DNA from: Candidatus Bathyarchaeia archaeon | GTDB taxonomy: Archaea; Thermoproteota; Bathyarchaeia; Bathyarchaeales; Bathycorpusculaceae | Direction of reading: 5' to 3' | Length of the DNA: 64,000 nt | Assembly (NCBI GenBank): GCA_049516875.1 | Contig: JBEKSS010000001.1 | Span: 470,549-534,548 of the forward strand | Shown here: piece after piece, positions 41,046 to 51,559 of the stretch | How positions within the stretch are numbered: the first letter of the stretch is position 1 | Layout of the letters: every line of letters starts with the position of its first letter | Position numbers and translations under genes: made by a program | The notes under the pieces: model-generated | The model's input: only the letters and a program-made list of their open reading frames with translations | Told to the model about the DNA's origin: nothing | Database searches by the model: none

Positions 41046-42182
41046 TTATTCTTTCAATATCTTAACTGACAGAACAGCGAAGATAGGCATCGCTACTATG
41101 GCAACGATGAAAGGGTACTGCGTTGACGTTGCGTATAGAAATCCTCCGACGTAGGGCGCAGCAAACGAGGCGAACATGCACAACGTTTGAGGAACGGCGA
41201 TCCACCGTGCTCTACATGATTCGGGTGCGGTGGGACCTACAATCGCGCTGAGCATGGACCAAGTTATGTAAGATCCGCCGTTGAAAACGAACGACACTGC
41301 AAGGATGCCGAAGTTGCCGGACCACAGCATCAGAACCATCGCCACGGCACCAAAGACCAAAGAAACGGCCAGAGGATACGATTTCCGTTTCATGTCCCCA
41401 AGCCTGCCAAGCAATATTCCCAGTACCGCCGAGCTAGCGAAGAGAACGGAGCCCAAAACGCCTATCTCAAAATTAGTGGACTTGTAGACGTCAGACAGGT
41501 ACGTTGGAACGAAGTTTCTGAACATCATCATTACAAACATGAGCATAGCGAAGAAGACCGATACGGACAGTAGTTTCCGGTTTCTTAGAAGCTTCAGGAA
41601 TGAATACTCTTTTTCTGAACCGTTCTGCTCATGATTGGCATGCTGGCTTCTGATGAATGAGAGCGTGAAACATGCCGAACCGTAGAAGATGAAGGCCAAG
41701 TAGAAGACCGTTTTCATCCCAACCGTACCGGCAAGAAAACCGCCCACTGCCGGAGAAAAGATGTAGCCTAACGACCATCCAGCCGACATTATCGTGAACG
41801 TTGAGGTCAGCCTGCTCTTTTCGGCCGAGGTCACTACGTACGCAGAGGCTGCCGGCTGTCCGAGCCAGAATCCCCACATCACCATCCCAGGAATCATTTC
41901 GGTCCAGTTTCTGGCAAACGCAAAAATCAGGGGCGCAGGCAACCATGCGAGCCATCCGGCGATCATGATTTTCTTGCGGTCATACCTGTCTGCGAGCGTC
42001 CCCGAGATCAGCAGCGTCAAACCTGCCGCTAAGACTGTCAAGGCGTAGAGTGCGCCGATCTGAATCGGATCCACTCCTAGCATGTTGCGCATATAGACAG
42101 GCAACAAGTAGGCGAAGAGGCCGTCGCCGAAAGAACCCACCACGTTGGTCGTGAAAATCAGCTTTAAGTCTCTGTTCAGCAC
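41046..42182 (-). CDS. MFS transporter
   Basis: GTLADRYDRKK motif A; ~12 TM segments. Confidence 0.92.
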   Translation of the reverse strand: MLNRDLKLIFTTNVVGSFGDGLFAYLLPVYMRNMLGVDPIQIGALYALTVLAAGLTLLISGTLADRYDRKKIMIAGWLAWLPAPLIFAFARNWTEMIPGMVMWGFWLGQPAASAYVVTSAEKSRLTSTFTIMSAGWSLGYIFSPAVGGFLAGTVGMKTVFYLAFIFYGSACFTLSFIRSQHANHEQNGSEKEYSFLKLLRNRKLLSVSVFFAMLMFVMMMFRNFVPTYLSDVYKSTNFEIGVLGSVLFASSAVLGILLGRLGDMKRKSYPLAVSLVFGAVAMVLMLWSGNFGILAVSFVFNGGSYITWSMLSAIVGPTAPESCRARWIAVPQTLCMFASFAAPYVGGFLYATSTQYPFIVAIVAMPIFAVLSVKILKE

Positions 42183-42310
42183 TAATCAGCCTCCGATGCA
42201 AGACCTTGCAGTACCGTTGTTCATATCGTTTTTCCAGAAAAAGGAAGTTTCTTGTCGAAGAGGTTCAACGCATCTAGTCCGTTGCCAATATAGTAAGTGT
42301 TCGCCTGACC

Positions 42311-43129
42311 TTACGGTTTCCTGCATATTGCCATGAAATGTTCGCTGATTCCTACGCTTGTCTCAAGCACGCAAGTTTTCAAGTGTGTCTCCCACCAGAT
42401 TTTCCAAGCTCTCGGGTATTTCTTGGCTAACCTGTTTGTCTCCTTTCGATGACCGCTGGCCAGTCCTTCAAGTCCCACCATCTCCAGAACCTCAAGTCCT
42501 CTCTTCTCAAGCGATTTCTTCAACTCCTCAGGCTGATAAAAGTGGCACGGAGCAAATCCGTAGCCGCCGTAGTAGTCTCCCGTGTCTCTCATTCTTGGAA
42601 AGATTTCGAGTTCTATTTCCTCAGGAAGGCGGATCAATTCAGTGACCAAGACTGCGCTTCTCCCGATAACAGAAACGAAGACAGGTGAGCCTTTCTTCGC
42701 AATCCTAATCAACTCACTGATTGCCTTTTCTCTTCTAGCTTCGTCAACGATATGTGACAATGGCCCACCTAGGCAGATAGCAGCATCGAAAACTTCGTTC
42801 TCGAACACACTGAGATCGTCAATTGAGCCTTGAATGATTCGACTCACTCTCTTCCGAACTCTCGACCTCTTAACCTGCTTTTTCGCAATTTCCAACATTT
42901 CAGGCGACAAGTCGACCAGAACAACGTCGTAACCCATTTTTCCAAGCTCAATCGTGTATCTCCCGGGACCACCGCCCGCGTCTAAGACGAGGCCTTTCAT
43001 TGGAAGGTATTTTCGCATGAAATACTTCGTAGTGTCGAATTCTAACCTACTGTAAACGTCTCTGACAAGCCTTTTCCATTCTCTAATACCTTGCTCGGAA
43101 TAGTATTTCTTGACAAGCGTTTCAGCCAT
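42311..43129 (-). CDS. Class I SAM-dependent methyltransferase
   Basis: VLDAGGGPG, VDLSPEML, FD..IC. Confidence 0.92.
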   Translation of the reverse strand: MAETLVKKYYSEQGIREWKRLVRDVYSRLEFDTTKYFMRKYLPMKGLVLDAGGGPGRYTIELGKMGYDVVLVDLSPEMLEIAKKQVKRSRVRKRVSRIIQGSIDDLSVFENEVFDAAICLGGPLSHIVDEARREKAISELIRIAKKGSPVFVSVIGRSAVLVTELIRLPEEIELEIFPRMRDTGDYYGGYGFAPCHFYQPEELKKSLEKRGLEVLEMVGLEGLASGHRKETNRLAKKYPRAWKIWWETHLKTCVLETSVGISEHFMAICRKP

Positions 43130-43167
43130 GAAAATAGATTTGCTTGTTTGGGAGGGATAAAACTTTG

Positions 43168-43260
43168 CCCTTTTCTCTCTCTCTCGTTTTCTAACTAACT
43201 CTCTCTTACTCCCTCTCTCTCAACAAAAAAAACACACACGCGCACACACAAACACACAGA
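43168..43260. repeat. Low-complexity (CT)n / (CA)n tract
   Basis: CT-rich run followed by ACACACACGCGCACACACA (43232-43250). Confidence 0.75.
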
Positions 43261-43383
43261 AAGACAGAATTCATTCTGCACTCTGTTTCTTGTCAACAAT
43301 AAAAACATGAGGAGCTTTCTGAACAAACTTTAGTCTAGGTTTTTTGTAACTTCAGTTTTGACTCTGGGAGTCGCCCGTGTGCG

Positions 43384-43704
43384 CTATTCTTTTTCTGTTC
43401 GTTTGGCAACCAAGTAATCTGAGGCTAATGAGAACAAGGATGATAGGATAGAGTAGATGAGTATCAGGATGCCACCTGTAACGAACCCGAGTGAGGCTGG
43501 TTGTAGCAAGGTTATTTGCTGTATCCTCCATGAATTCAAGTCCTCTTGAATTGCTGTTTTCTCGTCTGATGTTACATCTGATTGCGTTAGTCGTTCCCTC
43601 ATTCCACCGATAACCGAAGCTGGATACCATTGAAGAACAAGCCCGATGAAAAGAATTGCTGCACCCGCTGCATACCATTTACTGAGACTCAAATTCTGAG
43701 ACAT
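43384..43704 (-). CDS. Hypothetical two-TM membrane protein
   Basis: Two hydrophobic segments; TATA-like TTTTATA upstream. Confidence 0.7.
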   Translation of the reverse strand: MSQNLSLSKWYAAGAAILFIGLVLQWYPASVIGGMRERLTQSDVTSDEKTAIQEDLNSWRIQQITLLQPASLGFVTGGILILIYSILSSLFSLASDYLVAKRTEKE

Positions 43705-43784
43705 GGAATCTGATTTGATTTGATTAGTATAAAACGTTTGGGTTTGCGCGCGCGAGCGATTCCGTGTAATGGTGAGCCATCAGA

Positions 43785-44018
43785 TTAACCCCCTTTGACG
43801 AATCTTCCTTTAGCATCTCTGAACACTACGTGCCTGTGTCCTCTCAGGTTAACGACTGTCTCTCTCCTCTCAGGTCTTTCATAATGTCTAACAGGTTTTG
43901 GAGACACTCTATGAACATATTTTGGTCTGTATCCTCTGACTGTAATTTCCCTGCGAAGTATTCCTGACCGTTTTGCTTCAATTCTGAGAGCTTCAAGCTG
44001 TTTAGGAGTATCCTTCAT
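43785..44018 (-). CDS. Small highly basic hypothetical protein (RDxKGRF tail)
   Basis: 77 aa, Arg/Lys-rich; bounded by inverted GC-palindrome repeats. Confidence 0.55.
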   Translation of the reverse strand: MKDTPKQLEALRIEAKRSGILRREITVRGYRPKYVHRVSPKPVRHYERPERRETVVNLRGHRHVVFRDAKGRFVKGG

Positions 44019-44150
44019 TTTTGTGTTATCTTGTCAGCTTTCGCGCGCGCAAAACCTTCCGCAAGATCGAACATCGGCACTTACTGTTGAGCATGATGCG
44101 TATGAAAAGCCTTTTCAGCGACTTATCTAAACTTTGTATTGGTTTCCATC

Positions 44151-47100
44151 ATGTCGAACGCGTCGGGTGCAGAGTCAATTCTCGATCAGGCGTTTCAACG
44201 GGAAAAAAGTTTTGACTGGTTGGGGGCGGTCGAGTGCTACAGGAAAGCTCGGGGTATTGTTTCTATTCACGATTTCTTGAGGGTTGGCGACATTCACGAG
44301 AGTGGGGGCTACGCACTTCACCGGGCTGCCATGCAAGCTGAGGGCCCTAACGAATTCCGGGAAAGGATGCGTCAAGCAGTTGCAGAGTGGGAAAAGGCAA
44401 AGGAGTGTTACGGAAGCCTGGGCAAGATTGAGAAAACACGAGCTGTTCGCTGTGACGCCATGATCGCCTATTCGAGTTCTTGGCTCACGTCAGAGACATC
44501 TGAAAAGAAAAGACTGCTGGATGAAAGCTGGAGACTGACGAAGGAATGCTTAACCGCCTTCGACAAGGCTGAGAACCCTAGGGAATATGGAAGAACGTAC
44601 AACCGCCTTTTGGCAGGGGCTCTTTACGGGTTCTTGCTCGAATGGGACTATCACGCTCGCCTAAAGAGGATGAAGGAAGCGCTCGAACATGGAGAACGGG
44701 CGATATCTCTTCTCTCCGCCTCTGGCGACCCTGAGCTTGTGAAAACCTACATTGGAACAGGACTCTGTGAAGCCGCGTTCACTTACTATTTCAGGGAATA
44801 TCCTGAGAAGGAAGAGGGACACAAGAAGACCAGAGCCCACTGGGAGAAGGCGAAAGAGCTATCTAAAGAAACAGCGGCCGTCGAACTGCTGTCTGACATT
44901 GCACTAACGGGTTATGCTCCCGGAGATGAAGGCTCAGACGAGGCTTTGAAGACTTTTGAGGAAGCACTGGACTATGGCCGAAAGACGAAGGACAGACTGA
45001 TAACCGGCTCTGCACTTGCCATGTTGGCCTATCACACTTGGTGGAAAAAGAGCGACTATCCAGAGGAGACCATCAGACTCATGGAAAAAGGTTTGCAGTA
45101 TGCAGAAGAAGCTAAGAATCATTTCTCTCAGATATCTTTCACCAGCGTGAGCAAAGGCGTGGCTTGGGCTGAATTTCCCTACCCAGAGTACTATAGACGA
45201 GCGGCTTCTATCGAAACTGACATGGACAAAAGGCGGCAACTGATAAGAAAAGCCGTTGAAGCTGCGCCGGAAGCACTGAAAAGGGCCCTCGCCTCGGGAT
45301 TTGAAGAGAACGCTGTCTATGCACACCATATGTCCCGCACTGTCCTCACAGAATTTGCTGAAGCAGAGGAAGACGCCGAGGAAAAAAAGAGCATTCTTGA
45401 AAAGACTCTGCAGGAAGCCAACGAATGTGTGAAGCTCGTTGAGCAGGTTGAGACTCACAACTACTGGGATCGAGGAATAATGCAAGGAACCAGAAGTCGC
45501 GTAGAGTATGACCTTGCCCTCCTGGAGAGGGACCCTGAAAAGAAAAAGAACGTGCTTCAAGACGCAGTGCTGGATATGGAAGCGGCATTGAAACTCTGCA
45601 GGAAAGGCTTGGTGCTCTATGAGGGGAAAGCTCCACACTCGATGCTTATTCTAGTGGCAGCAGGGACATCTATGATTGGAGATACTTTGGATCGTCTTTA
45701 CAAACTCACCAATGACAAGGAGTACCTGAAGAAAGCCGCCGTAGCCCTCGCTGAGGCAGCCGAAACATTCCAGCAGATTGACATGAAGAATCTGGTCGCC
45801 GAGTGCCTCTGGAAAGCCGCACGAGTCTACGACGATTCTGGCGAGTACATGAAGGCAGCTCAAAACTTCGATCTTGCCTCAGACAACTACAAAAATGCGG
45901 CAGAAAAGGTTCCCCAACTCAAAGAACTCTATACAGACCACTCGCTCTACATGCAAGCTTGGAGCGAAATCGAGAAAGCAAGACATCACCACGTGAGACA
46001 AGAGTACGGCTTGGCAAAAGAACACTTCGAAAAGGCTGCGGACATGCACAAATCGCTCAAGCAATGGAATTATCTGGAGCCGAACTACGCAGCTTGGGCT
46101 CACATCGAAAACGCAGAGGAACTCAGTCGAAAAGACCAGTGCGAGGAGAGCATCAGAGCATTTGAACAGGCAGCCGATCTTCTCAAGGAAACCAAGAAGT
46201 CCATTCAAACACGGTTGCCAAAGATTGAAAAACCCGATGAGAAAGAAATGGCAGTCGACGTTCTCAACGGAACCGACTTGAGACTCGAATACTGCACGGC
46301 CCGAGTCGCCCTGGAAGAAGCAAGAATCCTTGACAAGAAAGGCGACCACTACTCCAGCTCAGAGCATTACTGCCAAGCAGCCGAGACTTTCGGAAGAATG
46401 GTTGCTGCACTGGAGTCTGAGCAGGAGCGGAACGAAGTCAGATTCATGATCAGTCTTTCTCAAGCCTGGCAGAAAATGACAATGGCCGAAGCTGAGGCTT
46501 CACCCAAACTGTATGCTGAGGCGTCCGAACTCTTCGAGAAAGCCAAGGACTTCTGTCCAAACGAGAAAACAAAAATGCTGGTGCTTGGACACAGCCACTT
46601 CTGCAAGGCTCTTGAGGCGGGAACAACATTCGTGGACACTAGGGATCTGGCAGCACACGACACCGCGTTGCAGCAATTGGCAAGCGCCTCCAACTACTAT
46701 GTGAGAGCAGATTTTGAAAACGCTTCGGAATACGCTAAGGCCACGAGGCTCCTCTTCGACGCGTTTGCCTACATGGACAAGGCCGAAAAAGAAAACGAAC
46801 CGGAAAAGAAAACCAGATTGTACGCAATGGCTGAGAAAATCTTGCAAACATCGGCTGGCTCGTACACGAAGGCCGAGCACCCGGAGAAGAGGGAACAAGT
46901 GCTGAGACTGCTGGAGAAGACGATGGAAGAACGCGAGCTGGCCACATCTCTCGCGGAGGTCTTGCACGCCCCTTCGATTGTTTCCACGACGGCAACTTTC
47001 ACGGCTCCCACGCCGACGCGTGAAGAGGCAGTGGGCTCAGAAAGGTTCGAGCACGCCGACATACAAGCCAACGTGATAATCCGACCGAAAGAACTGAAAG

Positions 47101-47447
47101 TTGGCGAAAACCTCGACTTGGAATTGGAAATAGTCAACGCCGGAAGGGGTCCAGCGCTGCTCATGAAGGTAACAGAACTCATTCTCCAAGACTTTGACTT
47201 GGTGGAGAGGCCTGAAAAATACCGTGTAGAAGACAGCTACGTCAACATGAAAGGAAAACGACTTGACCCATTGAAGACTGAAGAACTGAGAATCAGCCTA
47301 AGACCCAGAACCCAAGGAGTCTTCGAGCTGAAGCCAAGAGTGCTCTATCTCGACGAGAACGGCAAGTATAGGGTTCACGAGCTTGAACCTGTGAGCGTGA
47401 TTGTGAAGGAACTAGGAATCAAGGGCTGGCTCAAAGGGGAAAAATGA
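44151..47447 (+). CDS. Large TPR-like alpha-solenoid protein with C-terminal Ig-like domain
   Basis: Repeated A..Y.KA helical motifs; C-terminal LEIVNAG..LDPLK..G.FELKP beta domain. Confidence 0.85.
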   Translation: MSNASGAESILDQAFQREKSFDWLGAVECYRKARGIVSIHDFLRVGDIHESGGYALHRAAMQAEGPNEFRERMRQAVAEWEKAKECYGSLGKIEKTRAVRCDAMIAYSSSWLTSETSEKKRLLDESWRLTKECLTAFDKAENPREYGRTYNRLLAGALYGFLLEWDYHARLKRMKEALEHGERAISLLSASGDPELVKTYIGTGLCEAAFTYYFREYPEKEEGHKKTRAHWEKAKELSKETAAVELLSDIALTGYAPGDEGSDEALKTFEEALDYGRKTKDRLITGSALAMLAYHTWWKKSDYPEETIRLMEKGLQYAEEAKNHFSQISFTSVSKGVAWAEFPYPEYYRRAASIETDMDKRRQLIRKAVEAAPEALKRALASGFEENAVYAHHMSRTVLTEFAEAEEDAEEKKSILEKTLQEANECVKLVEQVETHNYWDRGIMQGTRSRVEYDLALLERDPEKKKNVLQDAVLDMEAALKLCRKGLVLYEGKAPHSMLILVAAGTSMIGDTLDRLYKLTNDKEYLKKAAVALAEAAETFQQIDMKNLVAECLWKAARVYDDSGEYMKAAQNFDLASDNYKNAAEKVPQLKELYTDHSLYMQAWSEIEKARHHHVRQEYGLAKEHFEKAADMHKSLKQWNYLEPNYAAWAHIENAEELSRKDQCEESIRAFEQAADLLKETKKSIQTRLPKIEKPDEKEMAVDVLNGTDLRLEYCTARVALEEARILDKKGDHYSSSEHYCQAAETFGRMVAALESEQERNEVRFMISLSQAWQKMTMAEAEASPKLYAEASELFEKAKDFCPNEKTKMLVLGHSHFCKALEAGTTFVDTRDLAAHDTALQQLASASNYYVRADFENASEYAKATRLLFDAFAYMDKAEKENEPEKKTRLYAMAEKILQTSAGSYTKAEHPEKREQVLRLLEKTMEERELATSLAEVLHAPSIVSTTATFTAPTPTREEAVGSERFEHADIQANVIIRPKELKVGENLDLELEIVNAGRGPALLMKVTELILQDFDLVERPEKYRVEDSYVNMKGKRLDPLKTEELRISLRPRTQGVFELKPRVLYLDENGKYRVHELEPVSVIVKELGIKGWLKGEK

Positions 47448-47593
47448 ATTACTAACTCGCGCGCGAACCTTTTCTGCCCTTGGCGATCGATTGAGCACAC
47501 TGGTTTTCCTGAGTTTTGCATATCGAAACCCCTGACTGAAAAGCACGATTGAACTTTCAATTCCATGCGTAACGGGCAAGCAGCAATTCTCGC

Positions 47594-48007
47594 CTACTTC
47601 CATTCGTAACCAGTGCCGCTAAGCTCCATGGTTATCGGATCAGTAATGCCTTCATCGACAGCGATGAAGCCGTTCATCCAAGAGAGCCTTTGAGAAGTAG
47701 TCATGAACTGTATGATATTCACGCTCTTGCTCTTCCCTGCTTCGGACTTGCCGAGGGAGTAACACTTCCACACCACGGAATCCCCGTCCTGCGTCGTAAA
47801 TATCCCCTGGCCTGTTCCGCTGAAGAACCCGCCAGGCACCTCAATAATGTCCATTGTTCCAATGTTTCTGCCACTCGGGGCTCGGCCTAGACCCTTGACC
47901 TCAGTAGCAAAAGTCTCTTCCATACGTACACCTTCAGGACCTACGGACTTCACTGAAATTCCTATCACTTTGCCCTTTTCCTCCCACATCTTTTCCCCTA
48001 AAACCAA
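47594..48007 (-). CDS. Hypothetical beta-rich protein
   Basis: GGAGGTGA SD before TTG at 48007; Gly-rich beta strands. Confidence 0.7.
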   Translation of the reverse strand: MVLGEKMWEEKGKVIGISVKSVGPEGVRMEETFATEVKGLGRAPSGRNIGTMDIIEVPGGFFSGTGQGIFTTQDGDSVVWKCYSLGKSEAGKSKSVNIIQFMTTSQRLSWMNGFIAVDEGITDPITMELSGTGYEWK

Positions 48008-48360
48008 CTTTCTCACCTCCACAAAAGTGTCAATGCTTATCACATTTAACACTTTCCAATCTTCCCGAAGTCCCATGCAGAGCAAAAACCATAACTTTGA
48101 TATCATTTGCCAAAGCTTCCTTAACCAAGACTGAACACAGGAAATCTGTGTGCGCTAGCTCTGCGTCGTAGTGTCGTTATACCGCGCTGAGCTTTCGTCG
48201 CGGTAAACGCGAACATTCCATGGTTGAGCCAGAAAATGAAATCGCTTCCAGATAGGCAAAGCGTGCACTTTCCACCGTTCTAACTTCTGGAACGGAACTG
48301 TACTAACGCTTAGCATAATATGGCATGGTGTCTTTGTACCTTAAGCAGGTGACTAACTCG

Positions 48361-50259
48361 ATGGAAAAACAAATCAAAAGAAAAGCCATTCTCTACGGAA
48401 TTGCGGCAATCCTTCTTGCCTCAACCTTTGGCGCAGTCCTCTACAACTACGGAGTTATCCAGACGATACTGAATCCCGCTGCTCCCCCAGTCCCGGTCGC
48501 ACATTCTTCTTTTCTGGCCACTTTCTCCTCGGCTGAAGCGCTGAAGAGCTTCTTGGAAACCAACTCGCAAACGCAGGGGCCGTTTTCACTTTATGGACCT
48601 GCAGACCTTAAGGTGTTCGGCTCCCCCAGCGGACCTCTCTTACCCGGCTCGATCAATGCTTTTAGTGTGACTTTGAATCCCCTGGACGAAAGTTACCAGC
48701 ATTCAGCAACGAACATTCAGGTCGCAGGAGTTGACGAAGCAGACACGGTGAAAACAGACGACAACGGCTACATGTACGTTCTGTCAAACGACACCGTCTA
48801 TATACTAACCGCCTACCCGCCAACACAAGCCCGAGTGCTCGCCAAGATCAAGTTCACCGACATGTATCCCATTGGAATCTTCGTCAGCGGCGAAAGACTG
48901 GCTGTACTGGGATCGCAATACAGTTATACCACCCTCATGTTTCCACTTTACAACAGATTCTACGTCGCCGACATCGAAACCTACTTGAGGCTCTATGATA
49001 TTCATGACAGAAGCAATCCCGTCCTCATCAAAGACCTTGTCTTGACCGGTAGCTACTTCAACTCAAGAATGATCGGCGATTACGTGTACTTTGTCGCGAG
49101 CAAACCAGCTTACACGGTTAACGACACGATCTTTCTGCCAGAAATCGTCATGAACGGAAGAGCCACGGAGATAGCTCCCACGGATATCCGCTACTTCAAC
49201 GGAACGGACGAATACTACCAATACACGACGTTTGTCGCAATGAACATCCAGAACACGACAGAAGCACCGACGTACCTGACAACTCTGCTCGGAGGGACGA
49301 GCAACATGTACGTTTCCCAAGAGAACATGTACGTGACATTCCAAGACGGGTACTGGGGTGGAAACACAACAATCTATCGCATACACTTGCAAGCTAGCAA
49401 CATGACCGTCGAAGCCAGCGGCAAAATTCCAGGACAAGAACGCAACCAGTATTCAATGGATGAATACGGCGACTACTTCCGAATACAAACCCAAACTTGG
49501 TCTGACGGAGTCAGCAAGACAAACGTGTACGTGCTCGACATGAACCTCAGCATCGTGGGAAATCTCTCGAACATCGCCGTCGGAGAGAACTTCCACTCCG
49601 CCCGTTTCATGGGCAACAGATGCTATCTCGTAACCTTCCAGAACACCGACCCGTTGTTCGTAATCAACCTTACAGACCCGACTTCACCGACGATTCTTGG
49701 CAATCTGACGATACCCGGATACTCAGACTACCTTCATCCATACGACGAGACTCACCTCATCGGCGTGGGCAAGAACACAGTCGAAGCAGAAGAAGGAAAC
49801 TTCGCGTGGTATCAGGGAATAAAAATATCCCTCTTCGACGTAAGCAACGTAACCAACCCCGTGCAAGAAGCGAGCTACGTAATCGGCGACAGAGGCTCAG
49901 ACACACCAGTTCTAACGGATCCCAAGGCGTTCCTTTTCGACAAATCCAGAAACCTTCTCGTAATCCCAGTCATGGTGGCAAAAATAGACGAAAGCAAATA
50001 TCCCAGCCCGGTTCCATCCTCCGCTTACGGAGACCCAGTGTGGCAGGGTGCCTACGTGTTTGACATATCATTGTACCACGACCTGGTGTCGGAAGGCAAC
50101 ATCACCCACTTGGACAACGGCGCGAGCATCAACGACCAAGGATACTGGGTCACGAGATCACTGTACATCGAAGATGTCTTATACACAGTCTCAGACCGAA
50201 TGATAAAGATGAACAGATTAGACGACATGAGCCTGATAGGCCAAGTCCCGCTCTCCTAA
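48361..50259 (+). CDS. Secreted beta-propeller domain protein (Beta_propel family)
   Basis: TNIQVAGVDEAD.VKTD, NQYSMDE, ARFMG..YLVTF..TDPLF, IPGYSDYLHP. Confidence 0.9.
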   Translation: MEKQIKRKAILYGIAAILLASTFGAVLYNYGVIQTILNPAAPPVPVAHSSFLATFSSAEALKSFLETNSQTQGPFSLYGPADLKVFGSPSGPLLPGSINAFSVTLNPLDESYQHSATNIQVAGVDEADTVKTDDNGYMYVLSNDTVYILTAYPPTQARVLAKIKFTDMYPIGIFVSGERLAVLGSQYSYTTLMFPLYNRFYVADIETYLRLYDIHDRSNPVLIKDLVLTGSYFNSRMIGDYVYFVASKPAYTVNDTIFLPEIVMNGRATEIAPTDIRYFNGTDEYYQYTTFVAMNIQNTTEAPTYLTTLLGGTSNMYVSQENMYVTFQDGYWGGNTTIYRIHLQASNMTVEASGKIPGQERNQYSMDEYGDYFRIQTQTWSDGVSKTNVYVLDMNLSIVGNLSNIAVGENFHSARFMGNRCYLVTFQNTDPLFVINLTDPTSPTILGNLTIPGYSDYLHPYDETHLIGVGKNTVEAEEGNFAWYQGIKISLFDVSNVTNPVQEASYVIGDRGSDTPVLTDPKAFLFDKSRNLLVIPVMVAKIDESKYPSPVPSSAYGDPVWQGAYVFDISLYHDLVSEGNITHLDNGASINDQGYWVTRSLYIEDVLYTVSDRMIKMNRLDDMSLIGQVPLS

Positions 50260-50349
50260 AACTCCCCATCTTTTTCTCCATTCGTCGATGAACACACGAA
50301 GCGCGCGCTATGAATGAGTTTAAGTGTTCTGAAATCGACGTGACAGGGT

Positions 50350-51009
50350 ATGAGCACGACAATAGCGGATGCACGTACCGAGGATCTCGAAGATTTGGTA
50401 ACCATCTACAGTTCCCCGCACCTGTATCACAATCGAGAAGAAGCCGGCTGGTTCGTGAAGTCATTCTTTGACTATCATCACATAAAGGTCATCAAACATC
50501 AAAAGAGAATCATCGGAGCCGCTTTCTGGAACGTCATGGAAGAAAAACACCACGGACTAGCGCAGATTGTAGACATCTGGATTGACGAAGAGTCCAGGAG
50601 AAAGGGAATAGGCGAAAAACTACTCAGAATGATTATCCTAGACATGAAACAACTCTTCGTCAACAGCAACCACGTTCTCAGAAAAGTGCTGGTCACCACG
50701 GGCGACGACAACGAACCCGCCAAGAGACTCTACGAAAAAATAGGGTTCAAAAAAACCGCAGTCCTAGCGGACTTGTTTGCCAAAGGAGACAATGAAACAG
50801 TATATGTCCTGACAAACAACACCCAACGCCCGCCGCCCGACGAATTGAGACCCCAAAAAAAACACGAATTGAGCACTCAAACACAAGGACCCCCGCACCA
50901 ACATCGCAGCAACATGCCACAACAACGTTTTGACACTCAAAGAAATCACGGATTGAGTACTCAAACACAAGACCTCGAAACCCAACATAGGCCCGTTTGC
51001 CCAGCATAA
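50350..51009 (+). CDS. GNAT acetyltransferase (C-terminus runs into repeat)
   Basis: RRKGIGEKLL, NEPAKRLYEKIGF; last ~60 aa are derived largely from the repeat. Confidence 0.88.
   Translation: MSTTIADARTEDLEDLVTIYSSPHLYHNREEAGWFVKSFFDYHHIKVIKHQKRIIGAAFWNVMEEKHHGLAQIVDIWIDEESRRKGIGEKLLRMIILDMKQLFVNSNHVLRKVLVTTGDDNEPAKRLYEKIGFKKTAVLADLFAKGDNETVYVLTNNTQRPPPDELRPQKKHELSTQTQGPPHQHRSNMPQQRFDTQRNHGLSTQTQDLETQHRPVCPA
50849..50994 (+). repeat. ~130-150 bp dispersed repeat, copy 2
   Basis: Internally duplicated; palindrome TTGAGTACTCAA at 50953-50964. Confidence 0.9.
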
Positions 51010-51044
51010 GCTGCAACGTTGTCTCCGAGCATTCTTCCGTCGTC

Positions 51045-51413
51045 TTACACTCTGGCAGTTAACAGCATCTCAAGCAAAACATAATACTGCCTTAGGAAGT
51101 CAAGACCTTCCTTGCTGGCCCTGTAGAAAATCCTGCTCCTCCTGATTTCAACTTCAAGAAACCCTATCTCAGTCAAAGACACCAGGTACTTCTTGACTTG
51201 CATACAGTTGATGCGCGCATGTGTCATGATGGAGAAGGGAGTGGCACTAGAAGCCTTAACGGCCTCCAGTACCAAACCTATGATCTCAAAGTGGCTCCTA
51301 TACTTCTTGTGCAGAGGCTCCAAAGTACTCAGACTATACTTCTTGCCAATCGGCAAGCACAGTAACTCCGCGCTCCTCACACGGTCTCCCATGCTCCGCA
51401 CCAACCTATACAT
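51045..51413 (-). CDS. Archaeal wHTH regulator (HTH_45-like)
   Basis: YRSHFEII..IM..A.IN...KKYL..L...G..Y...EG..FL; start uncertain. Confidence 0.75.
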   Translation of the reverse strand: MYRLVRSMGDRVRSAELLCLPIGKKYSLSTLEPLHKKYRSHFEIIGLVLEAVKASSATPFSIMTHARINCMQVKKYLVSLTEIGFLEVEIRRSRIFYRASKEGLDFLRQYYVLLEMLLTARV

Positions 51414-51559
51414 AGCTTCATTGACAATCTTAGAGCTTGTTTCCGTTGAACGAGTTGAAAACAGACCCTCCAGACACGTAAACCTATTGAAAATAAGTAT
51501 TCAGGCCACGAAGCATTTATTATATTGTTTCAACTGACAGTATTGAATGGGTAGCGAGC

